IMG/VR virus record: IMGVR_UViG_3300007754_000002
Source of the DNA: an uncultured virus (IMG/VR IMGVR_UViG_3300007754_000002)
Taxonomy: Duplodnaviria; Heunggongvirae; Uroviricota; Caudoviricetes
Length of the DNA: 64,000 nt
Direction: 5' to 3' (one strand)
Program-made: the position numbers and the translations under genes
Shown: positions 28,167-37,872 of the stretch, piece after piece
Layout of the letters: each line of letters opens with the position of its first letter
How positions within the stretch are numbered: position 1 is the stretch's first letter
Notes under the pieces: model-generated
Database searches by the model: none
What the model was told of the DNA's origin: nothing
Seen by the model: the letters and a program-made list of their open reading frames with translations, nothing else

Positions 28167-29288
28167 ATGAATGCGATTCGACGATTCCTGGCATGGTTGC
28201 TGGAGCGGCTGGGCGGTCCTGAAGAGACAAAGCCCCAGATCCCTGCGAAGCAAGAGACCAAGCCACGCCAGGAGCCGTCCCCTGAACCTGCCAGGACGGA
28301 GCCCGCTCCGAAACCACGGAGGCGGGCTCCCCAACCCACACCTACGAGACCTTCTCCCGAAGGGATCAAGGGACCCGACTTTTCCAAGTTCCATGTCTCT
28401 GAGGAGCACATGATCCCTCTGGAGCAGGGTCAGGCGGTCTCTCAGGGGTGGACTTCCTACGCGAACAACCAGCCGGTTGGGGTGACGTGGCACTGGACAG
28501 CTACCTGGGATCTGGACACCTGCGACCGGATCCTCGGCGGACCCCACGCCCTTCGGAAGGGGGAGGCCAGTGCCCACTACGGGATCGGTCTTTCCTTTGA
28601 GGAAGGCGTGAGCAGGTATGTCAGCCTGGAGGACCGGAGCTGGCACGCGGGAGCAGGTCAGACGCTCCGTTGGGATGGGAAGCCGGTAAACTACGAGGGC
28701 AACTGGTGGTCTGGGGCTCGTACCACGGTAGGGATTGAGGTTGTCAACGTGGGCTATGCCCGAAAGGGTGTCGCCGCGATGGCGGACTGGCTTCAGGCGA
28801 CCAGCCCGAATGGTCGCCAGGACATGCTCATCCCACCCTGGCCTGAGGAGCAGATTGAGATGTGTATCCAGGTGGGGAAAGAGATCCTCGCCCGGTGGCC
28901 GCATATCAAGCCGGAGGATCACCACGGACACCTGGATAACAGCCCTGGTAGTAAGCTGGACCCGGCGACCTTCCCCTTTGCTCGCGTGCTGAGAGAAATC
29001 TACGACGACCCCACCATCCCGGATATCTGGACCCCCTTTCAGACGTCAGAGCAGCGTCAGGGAGCCTTGGTCCTCCTGGGCTACAACCTGGGATCTGTTG
29101 GCCCCAACCAAGATGGAGTTGATGGCGATTGGGGGCGGCTGTCAGAAGCCGCTTTACTGTCTTTTCAAAAGTCACGGAATATGGAACAAGACGGTCAATG
29201 GACCACTTTCGTGTCAAGGGAGGTCTATAAAGCCCTGGAAGAGGCCGGCAAGTCTATCTCGGAGGTCGAAAACACCCCGCGAGTTTGA
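28167..29288 (+). CDS. Endolysin: N-acetylmuramoyl-L-alanine amidase with a peptidoglycan-binding domain
   Basis: WHWTA, SAHY, SWHAG, GIEVVN, GH.D..PGSK.DP; C-terminal VDGDWG...FQ...DG. Confidence 0.85.
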   Translation: MNAIRRFLAWLLERLGGPEETKPQIPAKQETKPRQEPSPEPARTEPAPKPRRRAPQPTPTRPSPEGIKGPDFSKFHVSEEHMIPLEQGQAVSQGWTSYANNQPVGVTWHWTATWDLDTCDRILGGPHALRKGEASAHYGIGLSFEEGVSRYVSLEDRSWHAGAGQTLRWDGKPVNYEGNWWSGARTTVGIEVVNVGYARKGVAAMADWLQATSPNGRQDMLIPPWPEEQIEMCIQVGKEILARWPHIKPEDHHGHLDNSPGSKLDPATFPFARVLREIYDDPTIPDIWTPFQTSEQRQGALVLLGYNLGSVGPNQDGVDGDWGRLSEAALLSFQKSRNMEQDGQWTTFVSREVYKALEEAGKSISEVENTPRV

Positions 29289-29358
29289 AACTCACAGTAT
29301 TCAAGTGAGCTAGCCGAAGAATCCTCTCTCGGGGGTATTGGGTGGTGAGAGGTAGTTC

Positions 29359-29919
29359 ATGGCGAAGCGGAAGACATTCTCGGTCCCTCTTTCCGAAGAA
29401 CTTGCGGACGGGGTTCTCCAGCTCCCGTTGACTCTCGGGGGCACGACTCAGCCTCTCCGGGGCTGGGTGGCTCAGATGCAGGACATTCAGCAAATGCTGA
29501 ATCAGTGTTTGAGCGAGCACCCTCTCTCCATCTTCGTAGCGGAGAGGGTGATGCAGGACTTGAGTAAACGTGGGTCCCCCCAGATCATCATCACCCCTTC
29601 GGGTGCCGTCCATCTTCAGGTGAGCTACGAGAACCCTCGTCCGAAGAAGACTCCGCCTCTTGCTCGGGCAGCCCGGAAGAGCACCCTCCCCAAGCTCGCG
29701 GAGCTTAGGAAAGAGGCTGAAGAGCTGGGGGTGGATATAAGCCACCTTGGCCGAGCACGGCAAGCCATCTACCAACTCCTTCAAGAACACCGGGCAGCGG
29801 CAGGGGCCAGCAAGGGACCGGAGATCGTTATCGGGTCAGAGACCGATAATGGCCCGGGGACCATAGCGGACATGAAGGATCTGGATGTAGACACCCTCTT
29901 GGACGAGATGCGGTTTTAG
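29359..29919 (+). CDS. Hypothetical protein
   Basis: 186-aa ORF with SD GAGG. Confidence 0.6.
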   Translation: MAKRKTFSVPLSEELADGVLQLPLTLGGTTQPLRGWVAQMQDIQQMLNQCLSEHPLSIFVAERVMQDLSKRGSPQIIITPSGAVHLQVSYENPRPKKTPPLARAARKSTLPKLAELRKEAEELGVDISHLGRARQAIYQLLQEHRAAAGASKGPEIVIGSETDNGPGTIADMKDLDVDTLLDEMRF

Positions 29920-29969
29920 GGGGGCCACTCAATAAACGGTCTATTCATGGGGCTTCGTGAGGAAGTCTC

Positions 29970-30272
29970 ATGTCAACGTGGTGGCACAAAGAAAACGGCG
30001 AGAACACGCTCAAAGGCGTGGAGGATGACGACACCAACCCTCCCCGTCTGACAGCGGAAGATATCGCCCACTTCCTGAGGACCAGTCAGAAAGCCCGAGA
30101 GGACTTTGACGTGGTCTACCCTACTCTGCTTGCAGCGGAGCAGGCTCGATTGGATGCTATTGTCGCCTGTAACCCGCGTATGACGGGGCTTCACACCGAT
30201 TACCAGACCATGCTCGACACCGCTCAAACAGCGCGGAATCGAGCTGGGGTTCGCTTAACCTGGATGAAGTGA
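29970..30272 (+). CDS. Hypothetical protein
   Basis: ORF with SD GAGG. Confidence 0.55.
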   Translation: MSTWWHKENGENTLKGVEDDDTNPPRLTAEDIAHFLRTSQKAREDFDVVYPTLLAAEQARLDAIVACNPRMTGLHTDYQTMLDTAQTARNRAGVRLTWMK

Positions 30273-30652
30273 TGAATGTGAAGCCGAATGGGGTCGTCGT
30301 AGAAAAGTCGGCCCTCAACAGCAAGAAGTTTATCGCCTATCTGGTCGCTCAAGTGATCTGGGCTCTAATCTTCGCCGGCACCATCTACGTGATGGCTTCC
30401 TGTGGTTCCGAAACCCAGGAAGGAGCCCTGTTGGCTTCGACCAGCGGCTTTGACAAGGCCGCCATGGGCACGGTTCTCCTCGCTGAGATCCTGTGTCTGG
30501 GCTTTGTTCAGGTGGTTTACATCGGCGGTCAGGCTGCCGTGGACGCCTTCGTCAGGATGGCTTCAGTTATCGTCACGGGTAAGAAGGGTGCAGTCTCCGG
30601 AGGCTCCGGGAATCGTGCCCCAGCCATGACGGACGACGACGACACCCCATAG
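30269..30652 (+). CDS. Two-TM membrane protein, possible holin
   Basis: SKKFIAYLV...; YIGGQAAVD; lies near the endolysin. Confidence 0.5.
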   Translation: MMNVKPNGVVVEKSALNSKKFIAYLVAQVIWALIFAGTIYVMASCGSETQEGALLASTSGFDKAAMGTVLLAEILCLGFVQVVYIGGQAAVDAFVRMASVIVTGKKGAVSGGSGNRAPAMTDDDDTP

Positions 30653-30661
30653 GAGATCCCA

Positions 30662-31003
30662 ATGGCTCAGAAAGTACGAGGCGTCCCCAGCATTCGCGGA
30701 GCAGGTAAGCGGCGAGGAGCCCCGCCGCCCCGTCGTCCAGGCCAGGGGACAGCGAATAAATCCCTCGGCATCAACGACATTACGTCCGAGATGGGAGCGA
30801 CGGTGGCTCCTGCTCAGCCCGTGCTGGAAATCAACGACTTCACGTCAGATATGGGGGCGACGGACCCGGATCCCGATCCTACTCCCGATATGAGTTGGCT
30901 GAAGGCTGACCTCCTGGCCTACGCTCAGGAACGTGATCTCGCTGTCACCGAGGCGAACACCAAGGCCCAGATCATCGCGGCGATCGAAGAAGCCGCCGGG
31001 TAG
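30662..31003 (+). CDS. Hypothetical protein with a C-terminal HeH/Rho-N-like motif
   Basis: KADLLAYA...TKAQIIAAI; internal repeat INDxTSxMGAT. Confidence 0.55.
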   Translation: MAQKVRGVPSIRGAGKRRGAPPPRRPGQGTANKSLGINDITSEMGATVAPAQPVLEINDFTSDMGATDPDPDPTPDMSWLKADLLAYAQERDLAVTEANTKAQIIAAIEEAAG

Positions 31004-31033
31004 CGTCCTCCACATAGCTCGGAGGCTACCCGA

Positions 31034-31387
31034 ATGCCGGATCTCATCACCCCCCAACCAGACCCCATCAAGAACGATCTCCCAGCTTCGTGGGATCTGG
31101 TAGTCGCGGACTTCCTCGACGCCTACGGGAACCACCCGGTTGGGAATCTCGTCGCGATTGACATGAGGCAACGGGACCAGTTTGGGTACGACAAATATGG
31201 GGTTCGCATCCAGCCTCGCAACGGCAGGGACAATCTGGTGGACGCCTACCAGGAAATCCTAGACGGGTTGGTCTACTTCCGATCGGCTCTCTATGAGCAA
31301 CAGAACCCCTCGCTCTTCGACATGTATCGGGGACTGCTCAAGATGTGTCTGGAGCTGCGGCAGGAGATTGAAGGGAGGTGTGGGTGA
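31034..31387 (+). CDS. Phage protein, possible all-alpha nucleotide-metabolism enzyme
   Basis: R...G..KYG...DAYQEILDGLVY. Confidence 0.5.
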   Translation: MPDLITPQPDPIKNDLPASWDLVVADFLDAYGNHPVGNLVAIDMRQRDQFGYDKYGVRIQPRNGRDNLVDAYQEILDGLVYFRSALYEQQNPSLFDMYRGLLKMCLELRQEIEGRCG

Positions 31388-31983
31388 GCCAGGACAAGAA
31401 CGCTTTCGGTGGAGGGAATCGCCACTTCCTGTACACGCCCATGTCCGAGACGGAGCAGGAGGTACTGGACCGCTTGGTCTCCGCAGGCGAGCTGTACATT
31501 GAGATCGACGGCTGGGGTGTCGTCAACTCTCTCCCAGGAGCCACGTTCGGGGACCTGAGACTCAGTATGCCGTTCTCGATGGTGTTTGACCGGCCAGAAG
31601 TCCCCATGCCGGTGTATTACTTCGATATGCACCTCAAGACCCGGAGTGGCTTCCGTCTTCACTCCGAGAGGATGAAGACCCTCTATGGCGGCAAGCCGGT
31701 GATGATCGCCGCTGGCGTCCACCTGGAGATAATCTGGGATATCGCCATCCGGGAAATGGACCCGAAAGTCGTCAAGGCATTGAAGCCCGGGGCACGAGGA
31801 CTGACCTCCGCGAATATCGATCGGGATACCGGGGAGGCGTCCCTCTTCGGGAACCGGAGCCTCTCAACGAAGGATAAAGAGCTGCTCGCGTTCATGCGGA
31901 AGATGGAACATTTCAACCGGTTGGACACCGCAGCCCAGGTCGCCAAGGCGGTCGCTCTCTCCGGCGGCGCGAAAAAAAGGTAG
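31378..31983 (+). CDS. Hypothetical protein
   Basis: 201-aa ORF with SD GGAGG. Confidence 0.6.
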   Translation: MWVSQDKNAFGGGNRHFLYTPMSETEQEVLDRLVSAGELYIEIDGWGVVNSLPGATFGDLRLSMPFSMVFDRPEVPMPVYYFDMHLKTRSGFRLHSERMKTLYGGKPVMIAAGVHLEIIWDIAIREMDPKVVKALKPGARGLTSANIDRDTGEASLFGNRSLSTKDKELLAFMRKMEHFNRLDTAAQVAKAVALSGGAKKR

Positions 31984-32023
31984 TTGGGGGACAATTTTTG
32001 CCTAGCGGGTCGTATGAGGGCCC

Positions 32024-33769
32024 ATGACAGCCGACACCGCTCCTCGCCCCCTTCAAGTGTTCGTCGTGGGCGGGCCGCATGATTTCGTCAGCGGGCCCCT
32101 GACAGCCAACATGACCGCGCATGGTTTGGCTATCCAGCATCATTTCCCTTGGAAGACCAACCCGGGGAAAATGGTCCTACCTAGGGCTGCGGAAGCCGTG
32201 ATGATCATCCGGGACATGGTCAGCCACTCCATCAGCGACAAGGCGAACGCGCTAGGTAAAGCGGCGGGATTGCCCATCGCGATGGTTCCGCGAAAGTGGG
32301 CCCTCGCCCTCCCTATCCTTCAGCGGCAGGGCATCCTGCCAGTGGAGCCCCCATTGGACACGACCCCCACTTCCGAACCTCAGGTGGTTCAGTTCATCGC
32401 GGACTTCATCCGTGGAGCAAACCAGGAAGGGCGAGAGCCCTCCCGAAGCGAGATCCTGGGGGCCCTCCATCGGGAGGCTTCCTTGAGTGGGGTGCTTGGT
32501 CCTCGGATGACGATCTCCACAGCCATGCTGACCACAGCCCGCAAGATAGCCGTGTCGGAAACGGAGACGGAGACGGAGTCTCCCCCCGATCCCCTGGCCT
32601 CTCTCTCTGACTACGCGACGCTCGTGATGGAGGAGGCGTTCAAGGAGGCGAGTCTCCTCCTGGGTTCCCCTGTCGATCCACACTACGTGGGGGAGCTGAA
32701 AACCCTGGTGACCGGGGCCTCAGACGAGGCGTACCAGGAAGCTCTAGAGTCCTCGTACCAGAACCAGACAGCGAAGCTGGCGAGGAGCGGTGAGGATCGG
32801 GACCGCTTTTTCAAGCAGTGGGTGACCCGACTCCTCACTGAAAATGAGACGAAGCCGACCTATAGAGCGATCCGGGCTGACGCCTCCAGCCGGTTCGGGG
32901 TGGCTCCCTCCAACGACCTGATCAAGTCGGTTCGTCGGACTGTCGGTATGGGCACCCCGCTCGTACTCGGTGACCGTGGACTTCCGGATCGCAAGGGTTT
33001 CGGATACAACACCGAGTCGCTCATCGCTCGCATCAAGGATGCGGTGGACTGGTTCAACACCCACCTGTCGGCGGAGCAGAAGGCAGCCATGGTCGCATGG
33101 CTCATCGATGATCCGAGTGAGGTCCCTGGGGTCGTCCAGCAGGCTTTGGCGATTCACCGGGGCAATCCGGTCGCTGCGACCACCGTGATGATCGCGGGAG
33201 TCCTCCACTCCAGTCGGAAGGACTCCCAGGGCATCCTCCCTCACCGGTTCGTCCGCGGCTACAAATCCCTGTACGGGGCTCGGGTCTCTTCTCAGGTGGC
33301 CGGGTGGGTGGCCGAGTACATGGGCCTCGTCGAAGCGGACAAGAAGAAGCCCGCGGCCACGCCTCCCCCTGTGGTATCTGAAGAGACCTCCCGGATCGCG
33401 GCCCTGATGGTCGCGATGGACTCCCGCCTGAAGCTGGCAGAAGAGCGCATCCAGGCCCTCACTAAGGAGAACCAGAGGCTCCGCAGTGATCTTCAGACGG
33501 CTACCGCGGAAGCCCAGAACGCCCTCCAGGGGGCTTTCGACGCCCTCCAGGCTCAGGACCGGGCAAAGACCGTCGCCCTGGTCCACGAGCTGCTCCGTGA
33601 CGATCCTCGCCAGGGAGCCGCGGAAGATCTGGCAGCCCGGGTAGACGTGCTGGCCGGCGTGGTCAACGGACTGACCCGGACGACGCCGACCAACAATGAG
33701 ATCACGCTCCGAGAGCTGCTCTCCTCGGGTCGGTCAATCACGATCGGTGAGGTCCCCCGAGGGGGCTAG
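32024..33769 (+). CDS. DUF2325-like N-terminal domain plus coiled-coil protein, predicted leaderless
   Basis: VMIIRDMVSHS...GLPI; ATG 8 nt after TCGTAT (32010-32015). Confidence 0.7.
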   Translation: MTADTAPRPLQVFVVGGPHDFVSGPLTANMTAHGLAIQHHFPWKTNPGKMVLPRAAEAVMIIRDMVSHSISDKANALGKAAGLPIAMVPRKWALALPILQRQGILPVEPPLDTTPTSEPQVVQFIADFIRGANQEGREPSRSEILGALHREASLSGVLGPRMTISTAMLTTARKIAVSETETETESPPDPLASLSDYATLVMEEAFKEASLLLGSPVDPHYVGELKTLVTGASDEAYQEALESSYQNQTAKLARSGEDRDRFFKQWVTRLLTENETKPTYRAIRADASSRFGVAPSNDLIKSVRRTVGMGTPLVLGDRGLPDRKGFGYNTESLIARIKDAVDWFNTHLSAEQKAAMVAWLIDDPSEVPGVVQQALAIHRGNPVAATTVMIAGVLHSSRKDSQGILPHRFVRGYKSLYGARVSSQVAGWVAEYMGLVEADKKKPAATPPPVVSEETSRIAALMVAMDSRLKLAEERIQALTKENQRLRSDLQTATAEAQNALQGAFDALQAQDRAKTVALVHELLRDDPRQGAAEDLAARVDVLAGVVNGLTRTTPTNNEITLRELLSSGRSITIGEVPRGG

Positions 33770-34491
33770 ACCCCGGCCCTAGCTCGCAGAGGCCCGCCAA
33801 TGAAGTTGAACCGGACTCGGTGAATCCGGTGCTCCCCCAGCGGGTCAAGCCTAATCTGAGTAGCGACCTTCTCTCGGTACTCAACCAGATCGGTATCCGA
33901 AAGCAGCTTCGCCTGGGTCTTGGGCCTGGGCTTAATCTTGAAGATTTCATGCACGGGGGGTGCGGTATCCCAGAAGTCCCCGCTCGCGATGTGAGCCTCC
34001 AACTGCTCCTCAGTCAGCGAGACCTTCTCTCCGGTGTCTTTTGCAGGAGCAATGTGGAGTAGCTCCTCCGGATCCCATATGTCTTCCTCGGTCCGAGAGC
34101 TGATATCCGCCGTCAAACGGCTGTGGATGAAGACCTTGGAGCCGGTAGGCCCAATCACGTCAACCAACGTCGCGGTGTAGTCGAGCAGCCGCGTCAGGTC
34201 AGACCTCTCCTGGCTCAGGAGAGCCTGGGCTCCCCGACTTACCAGATTCTTGAACCAGTGACGACGGCGATCTAGCTCCGCACGGCTAATCTCGTGGTCC
34301 CTCTCTCCGGTCCAGAAGTCCTGCTCCATGAACTTCAAGTAAACCGGCTGGAGAATAAGGATCAGGTCCCCGTTATCCCATGAAGCCAGCTCCTTCTTGA
34401 CCAGCTTGCGAGCCCCTCCAGGGTGGCAATGCCCCACATACAAGCGTTCGTCGCCCGCCTGGGCGTACATCTTAATCCTCACTGTCCGCAC
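33766..34491 (-). CDS. Hypothetical protein with an RRXRR/PLMP-like N-terminus
   Basis: GHCHPGGARKLVKKELA. Confidence 0.55.
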   Translation of the reverse strand: MRTVRIKMYAQAGDERLYVGHCHPGGARKLVKKELASWDNGDLILILQPVYLKFMEQDFWTGERDHEISRAELDRRRHWFKNLVSRGAQALLSQERSDLTRLLDYTATLVDVIGPTGSKVFIHSRLTADISSRTEEDIWDPEELLHIAPAKDTGEKVSLTEEQLEAHIASGDFWDTAPPVHEIFKIKPRPKTQAKLLSDTDLVEYREKVATQIRLDPLGEHRIHRVRFNFIGGPLRARAGV

Positions 34492-34593
34492 CTCGATAAT
34501 TGATTATCGGTGCGAGGCACGGTCTCAAGCCGGGGCTTGGAATGAAGGGTTCTCTCCGTTAGGAGGTCAGCCTCGCTGACCTACCCTACCCGA

Positions 34594-35310
34594 CTACGCT
34601 TCCCATTGCTGGAAAAGCATCTCAGCTCGTTCCAGAATGCGGCGGATATCCTGCGGGGAGGAGTAGGAGTGCTCTTCTGACTGCTCCCCGAAATGACCCT
34701 GATAATCGGCACCCGCTGAGTAGTTGATTTCAGCGTCCGACGAGGCATTCCCGATCAGGGCGTCTTCGGGATCTCGGAAAGACACGTACATGCTGCCGTC
34801 AGAGAGTTTGTCCTTCGGGCCTCGGTAGTCCGCCCAGATATCGTCCCCGTCGTACCGCAGCTCCCAATTGGCGTTGGACATGGACAGGATATCTGTCTTC
34901 AACTGCTGCCGGAGCTTGGTCGCCCAGGAAACCACCTTCTTCAGAATGCGGCTCAGCTCCTTGGGGTCTCGCCACGCCCCGCTGATCGTTTCCCCGAAGG
35001 CTTCAGCCGTCCAGGTACCCGGACGCTTACCACCCGAGTTGGTGTACTTCGTGGCGTCCATCTCGACGAAGAGCCCCATGAACGGACTACCAATCCACTG
35101 GAGCCCGAGCCGGTAAGCGTCCCCGAAACGATCCCGCTGGGCATCAAAGTAGCCCCAATTCCGTCCAAAATCAGGCCACGCTTGATTCTCCCCACCCCAG
35201 CCCCCCATGTTTTCCTCGGAGGAATTCCACCGGGCAGAGAGCCACTTCGCAGCTACACGGGAAATCTTATCTTCAGATCGCACGGCTATCCTCTCCGTTA
35301 CCCGACCCAT
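34594..35310 (-). CDS. Hypothetical protein with an RVAAKWL motif
   Basis: 238-aa ORF. Confidence 0.65.
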   Translation of the reverse strand: MGRVTERIAVRSEDKISRVAAKWLSARWNSSEENMGGWGGENQAWPDFGRNWGYFDAQRDRFGDAYRLGLQWIGSPFMGLFVEMDATKYTNSGGKRPGTWTAEAFGETISGAWRDPKELSRILKKVVSWATKLRQQLKTDILSMSNANWELRYDGDDIWADYRGPKDKLSDGSMYVSFRDPEDALIGNASSDAEINYSAGADYQGHFGEQSEEHSYSSPQDIRRILERAEMLFQQWEA

Positions 35311-35418
35311 CCTATTAAGACCTTATCGGACCCGACTCAGGGTTAAACCCCATTAGTCCCCCAATGGGTAAGGTTTCGCGAGTGCCGGCGTAACCCCTCA
35401 GAATTATTGGCCGTTCTA

Positions 35419-35492
35419 TGGAGCCCCCGCAGGGAATCGAACCCTGCTCTCCAGATTACAAGGCTGGTGCATCGCCGCAATGCTTCGGGGGC
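35419..35492 (-). tRNA. tRNA-Thr(TGT)
   Basis: GCCCCCG...CT-TGT-AA...GGTTCGATTCC...CGGGGGC T CCA. Confidence 0.9.
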
Positions 35493-35526
35493 GGTGTTCC
35501 TCCGGCCTTAACCCTATGGAAAGGGT

Positions 35527-36042
35527 TCAGGACCGAAGGTAGGAGGACCACTCGGGTGGTGTGGGGCCTGCAAAACGAGCGATCCCTACACTGACTGGCT
35601 GCTTGGGCTGGCAGAGGAGAGGCATCCCGGCTTGGTCCGGTGTCCGGTCGGCCTTCCTCTCATTGCAGGGTCGGCACGCGGTGACAGTGTTCTCCCAGAG
35701 AGAACGCCCACCCTGAGCCCGAGGCTTGACGTGGTCCACGGTGAGCTGGTCACCAGGATACCGGACGCTGCAATACTGACAGGTGTAGGCATCTCTCTTG
35801 AAGAGAGCCTTTCCGTTCCAGCGGACCCGGAACCGATGGAACCCGTGAAACTCCCGAAGAGCGATGACGGCCGGGACGATGAATTCCCGCCGGGCTGACT
35901 GAACCCGAGCTGCGTAGTTTTCAATCACCTGAGCACGCCCGCGAAATTCTGCGTGCGAGAGGAGGAGCCCTTGTTCCCAGGGGAGTATCCGGACAGGTCT
36001 CCAGGTAGCGTCCAGAAGGAGCGTGCGTAGGTGAGTGCTCAT
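35527..36042 (-). CDS. HNH endonuclease (McrA-like) within the tRNA cluster
   Basis: RDAYTCQYC...TVDHVKP...WENTVTACRPCNERK. Confidence 0.9.
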   Translation of the reverse strand: MSTHLRTLLLDATWRPVRILPWEQGLLLSHAEFRGRAQVIENYAARVQSARREFIVPAVIALREFHGFHRFRVRWNGKALFKRDAYTCQYCSVRYPGDQLTVDHVKPRAQGGRSLWENTVTACRPCNERKADRTPDQAGMPLLCQPKQPVSVGIARFAGPTPPEWSSYLRS

Positions 36043-36079
36043 GGTTTTCGTCGCTTCATCGTCTTTCGGGTTAGGGGAG

Positions 36080-36152
36080 AGCCACCACGGGGAGTTGAAC
36101 CCCGGACCTCCTGGTTACGAATCAGGTGCTCTACCAACTGAGCTATGGCGGC
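36080..36152 (-). tRNA. tRNA-Thr(CGT)
   Basis: GCCGCCATAGCTCAGTTGGTAGAGC...TT-CGT-AA...GGTTCAACTCC. Confidence 0.9.
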
Positions 36153-36226
36153 TGGTGAGTCCGCAGGGAATCGAACCCTGGTCGAGAGGTTAAAAGCCTC
36201 CTGCTCTACCATTGAGCTACGGACCC
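36153..36226 (-). tRNA. tRNA-Lys(TTT)
   Basis: GGGTCCGTAGCTCAATGGTAGAGC...CT-TTT-AA...ACCA. Confidence 0.9.
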
Positions 36227-36232
36227 GGAAGA

Positions 36233-36307
36233 TGGTTGGGGTGGAGGGACTCGAACCCCCAATCTTCAGCTTCAAAGGCTGCTGACCTACCATTGGTCTA
36301 CACCCCA
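36233..36307 (-). tRNA. tRNA-Gln(TTG)
   Basis: TGGGGTGTAGACCAATGGTAGGTC...CT-TTG-AA...ACCA. Confidence 0.88.
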
Positions 36308-36673
36308 TCAAGGATGGGCTCAGACAGCTTGGTGAGGTTGTCGCCGGGTGTCGCTCGGTTTCGTCCCCGTCCCGGCACAGGAACACACCACAAGCCACAG
36401 CGACGTCGCTGTAGCTTTGGAGTTCGACTGGCGGAACAGGTCCATACCCCTTGTTCTACATGCAGGCAGCCTGAACGTCAACCCCTCAGGTGACCTAAAA
36501 TCACGCCAGAACGCGACGAGATCAGTGATCTCATTTCTGTCCGGCCAGATCCGGAGAATAGAGCCACTGATCTGACTCAGAGGATCGGGCCCGCAGGCGG
36601 GGATGGACAAAGTTGCACCTTCTATGAGCGGCTATTAAGTGGATCCAATACCGGCTCATGGAGGTAGGAACCC

Positions 36674-37282
36674 ATGCCGTATCCGAGGTTGCCAGAAGAG
36701 GAGCAAGAGAGAATCCGGCATGAATACCGGAGGCTTAAGTCAGTCCATAAGGTCCGCTCAGCTACCGGGTACAACCTCCGTACTATCCTCAAATATTGCC
36801 GTCCTATTATGGCTATTAAAGTAGACCATAACGTGATCATGGCTGCCTTTAGATTGACCGGTGACGTGGCCCGAACGGCTCAGATCAGTGGCGTGTCGGA
36901 ACGAACGGTGCGGAGAGCATGTGAGGCCGCAGGCGTCACGCTGGTTCAAGGTGCGAAGGACGCCAATCGCCTGTACCGCTCCATGCGGGAGCGGGTGGCT
37001 GACTCCGACTGGAAGGAGCGAGTTTTCAACAGGGACGGGGATCGGTGCTGTCGCTGTGGAAACCAAGCTCAAGTCGTCCACCACGTCTATCGTCTCGCGG
37101 TCATGCGAGACGACGTGTTTCGGGAGAATTCAGGGATCGACCCTTACAAATCGAGGAAAGAGCTATCCAGGTTCCTCGACCTCATCATGGAGAAACACAC
37201 CTTGGAAGTAGGGGAGTCACTGTGTGGCCCTTGCCATAAGGCAGAGCACAACGGGTCATCTGGTCACCAGCGGAGCCCATAG
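36674..37282 (+). CDS. HTH plus HNH endonuclease-like protein
   Basis: VFNRDGDRCCRCG...VHH...LCGPCHKAEH; SD GGAGG. Confidence 0.7.
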   Translation: MPYPRLPEEEQERIRHEYRRLKSVHKVRSATGYNLRTILKYCRPIMAIKVDHNVIMAAFRLTGDVARTAQISGVSERTVRRACEAAGVTLVQGAKDANRLYRSMRERVADSDWKERVFNRDGDRCCRCGNQAQVVHHVYRLAVMRDDVFRENSGIDPYKSRKELSRFLDLIMEKHTLEVGESLCGPCHKAEHNGSSGHQRSP

Positions 37283-37806
37283 AGAGCAGCCCGCGTCCGA
37301 AACTCTTCCTTCGCCCGGGAGGGATCCCATCCGATCGGAGGGGTCATGACAATCGGAGGTGGGAGGGGCAACCAATCTCGGGGAGGAGGCCCCATGATCA
37401 TTTCCTTTTCGGAGGCGAGCAAGACGTTGTCTGCCCTCTTGACAGCAGCCGGTTCCTCAGGGGAGAGCCCGAATTTCCCCATAACCACACCTTGCACCCG
37501 CTTCTCCCATGCCCTGAAAGGTGCCATGAGGGGCGTCTTTTTCAGAGGGCGCGGCACGTCAGGCCCGTATGCCTCACCTGCATCATGGAAGAGACCCCAG
37601 AAGCATTCCTGCTTGGAGGCCGACCAGCTCACCAGCAAGTCGTGAACCCGGCAGGAGTGCTCGCCCACCGAATAGAAGATCCGACAATGTCCGTTGTAGC
37701 GGCACTTCATCCCCAGAGAGTGAGCGATATCTTCCACGGAGATATCATCCGGGTGAGGCTCCAGAGGCCAGAAGGCCCGGCTGGTGAAAGTCTGCATCCA
37801 TGACAT
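37264..37806 (-). CDS. HD-domain 5'-deoxynucleotidase-like protein
   Basis: DIAHSL...RYNGH..FYSVGEHS...FHDAGEAY..D. Confidence 0.85.
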   Translation of the reverse strand: MSWMQTFTSRAFWPLEPHPDDISVEDIAHSLGMKCRYNGHCRIFYSVGEHSCRVHDLLVSWSASKQECFWGLFHDAGEAYGPDVPRPLKKTPLMAPFRAWEKRVQGVVMGKFGLSPEEPAAVKRADNVLLASEKEMIMGPPPRDWLPLPPPIVMTPPIGWDPSRAKEEFRTRAALYGLRW

Positions 37807-37872
37807 GAGGTTCTCCAGAGATCAATTTGGTGGTGGGCGTTCCGATCACGTCCAGGGGCGGGATCAGCGATT

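Noticed and set aside
30269..31387. In-frame TAG-separated gene fusions (30652/30662, 31003/31034; also 6198/6250, 49067/49057, 50162/50128)
   Set aside because: About 5 of the 14 TAG-ended gene pairs I checked are in frame and open, close to the 1/3 expected by chance. Several downstream genes have their own SD or promoter.
36350..36375. Hammerhead-like GGACGAAAC on the minus strand (also GAAAC near 35375)
   Set aside because: No correctly placed CUGANGA core
36385..36435. tmRNA tag-like frame (SDVAVA)
   Set aside because: It arises from a palindrome; there is no ALAA-stop ending and no GGGG...CCA tRNA-like domain
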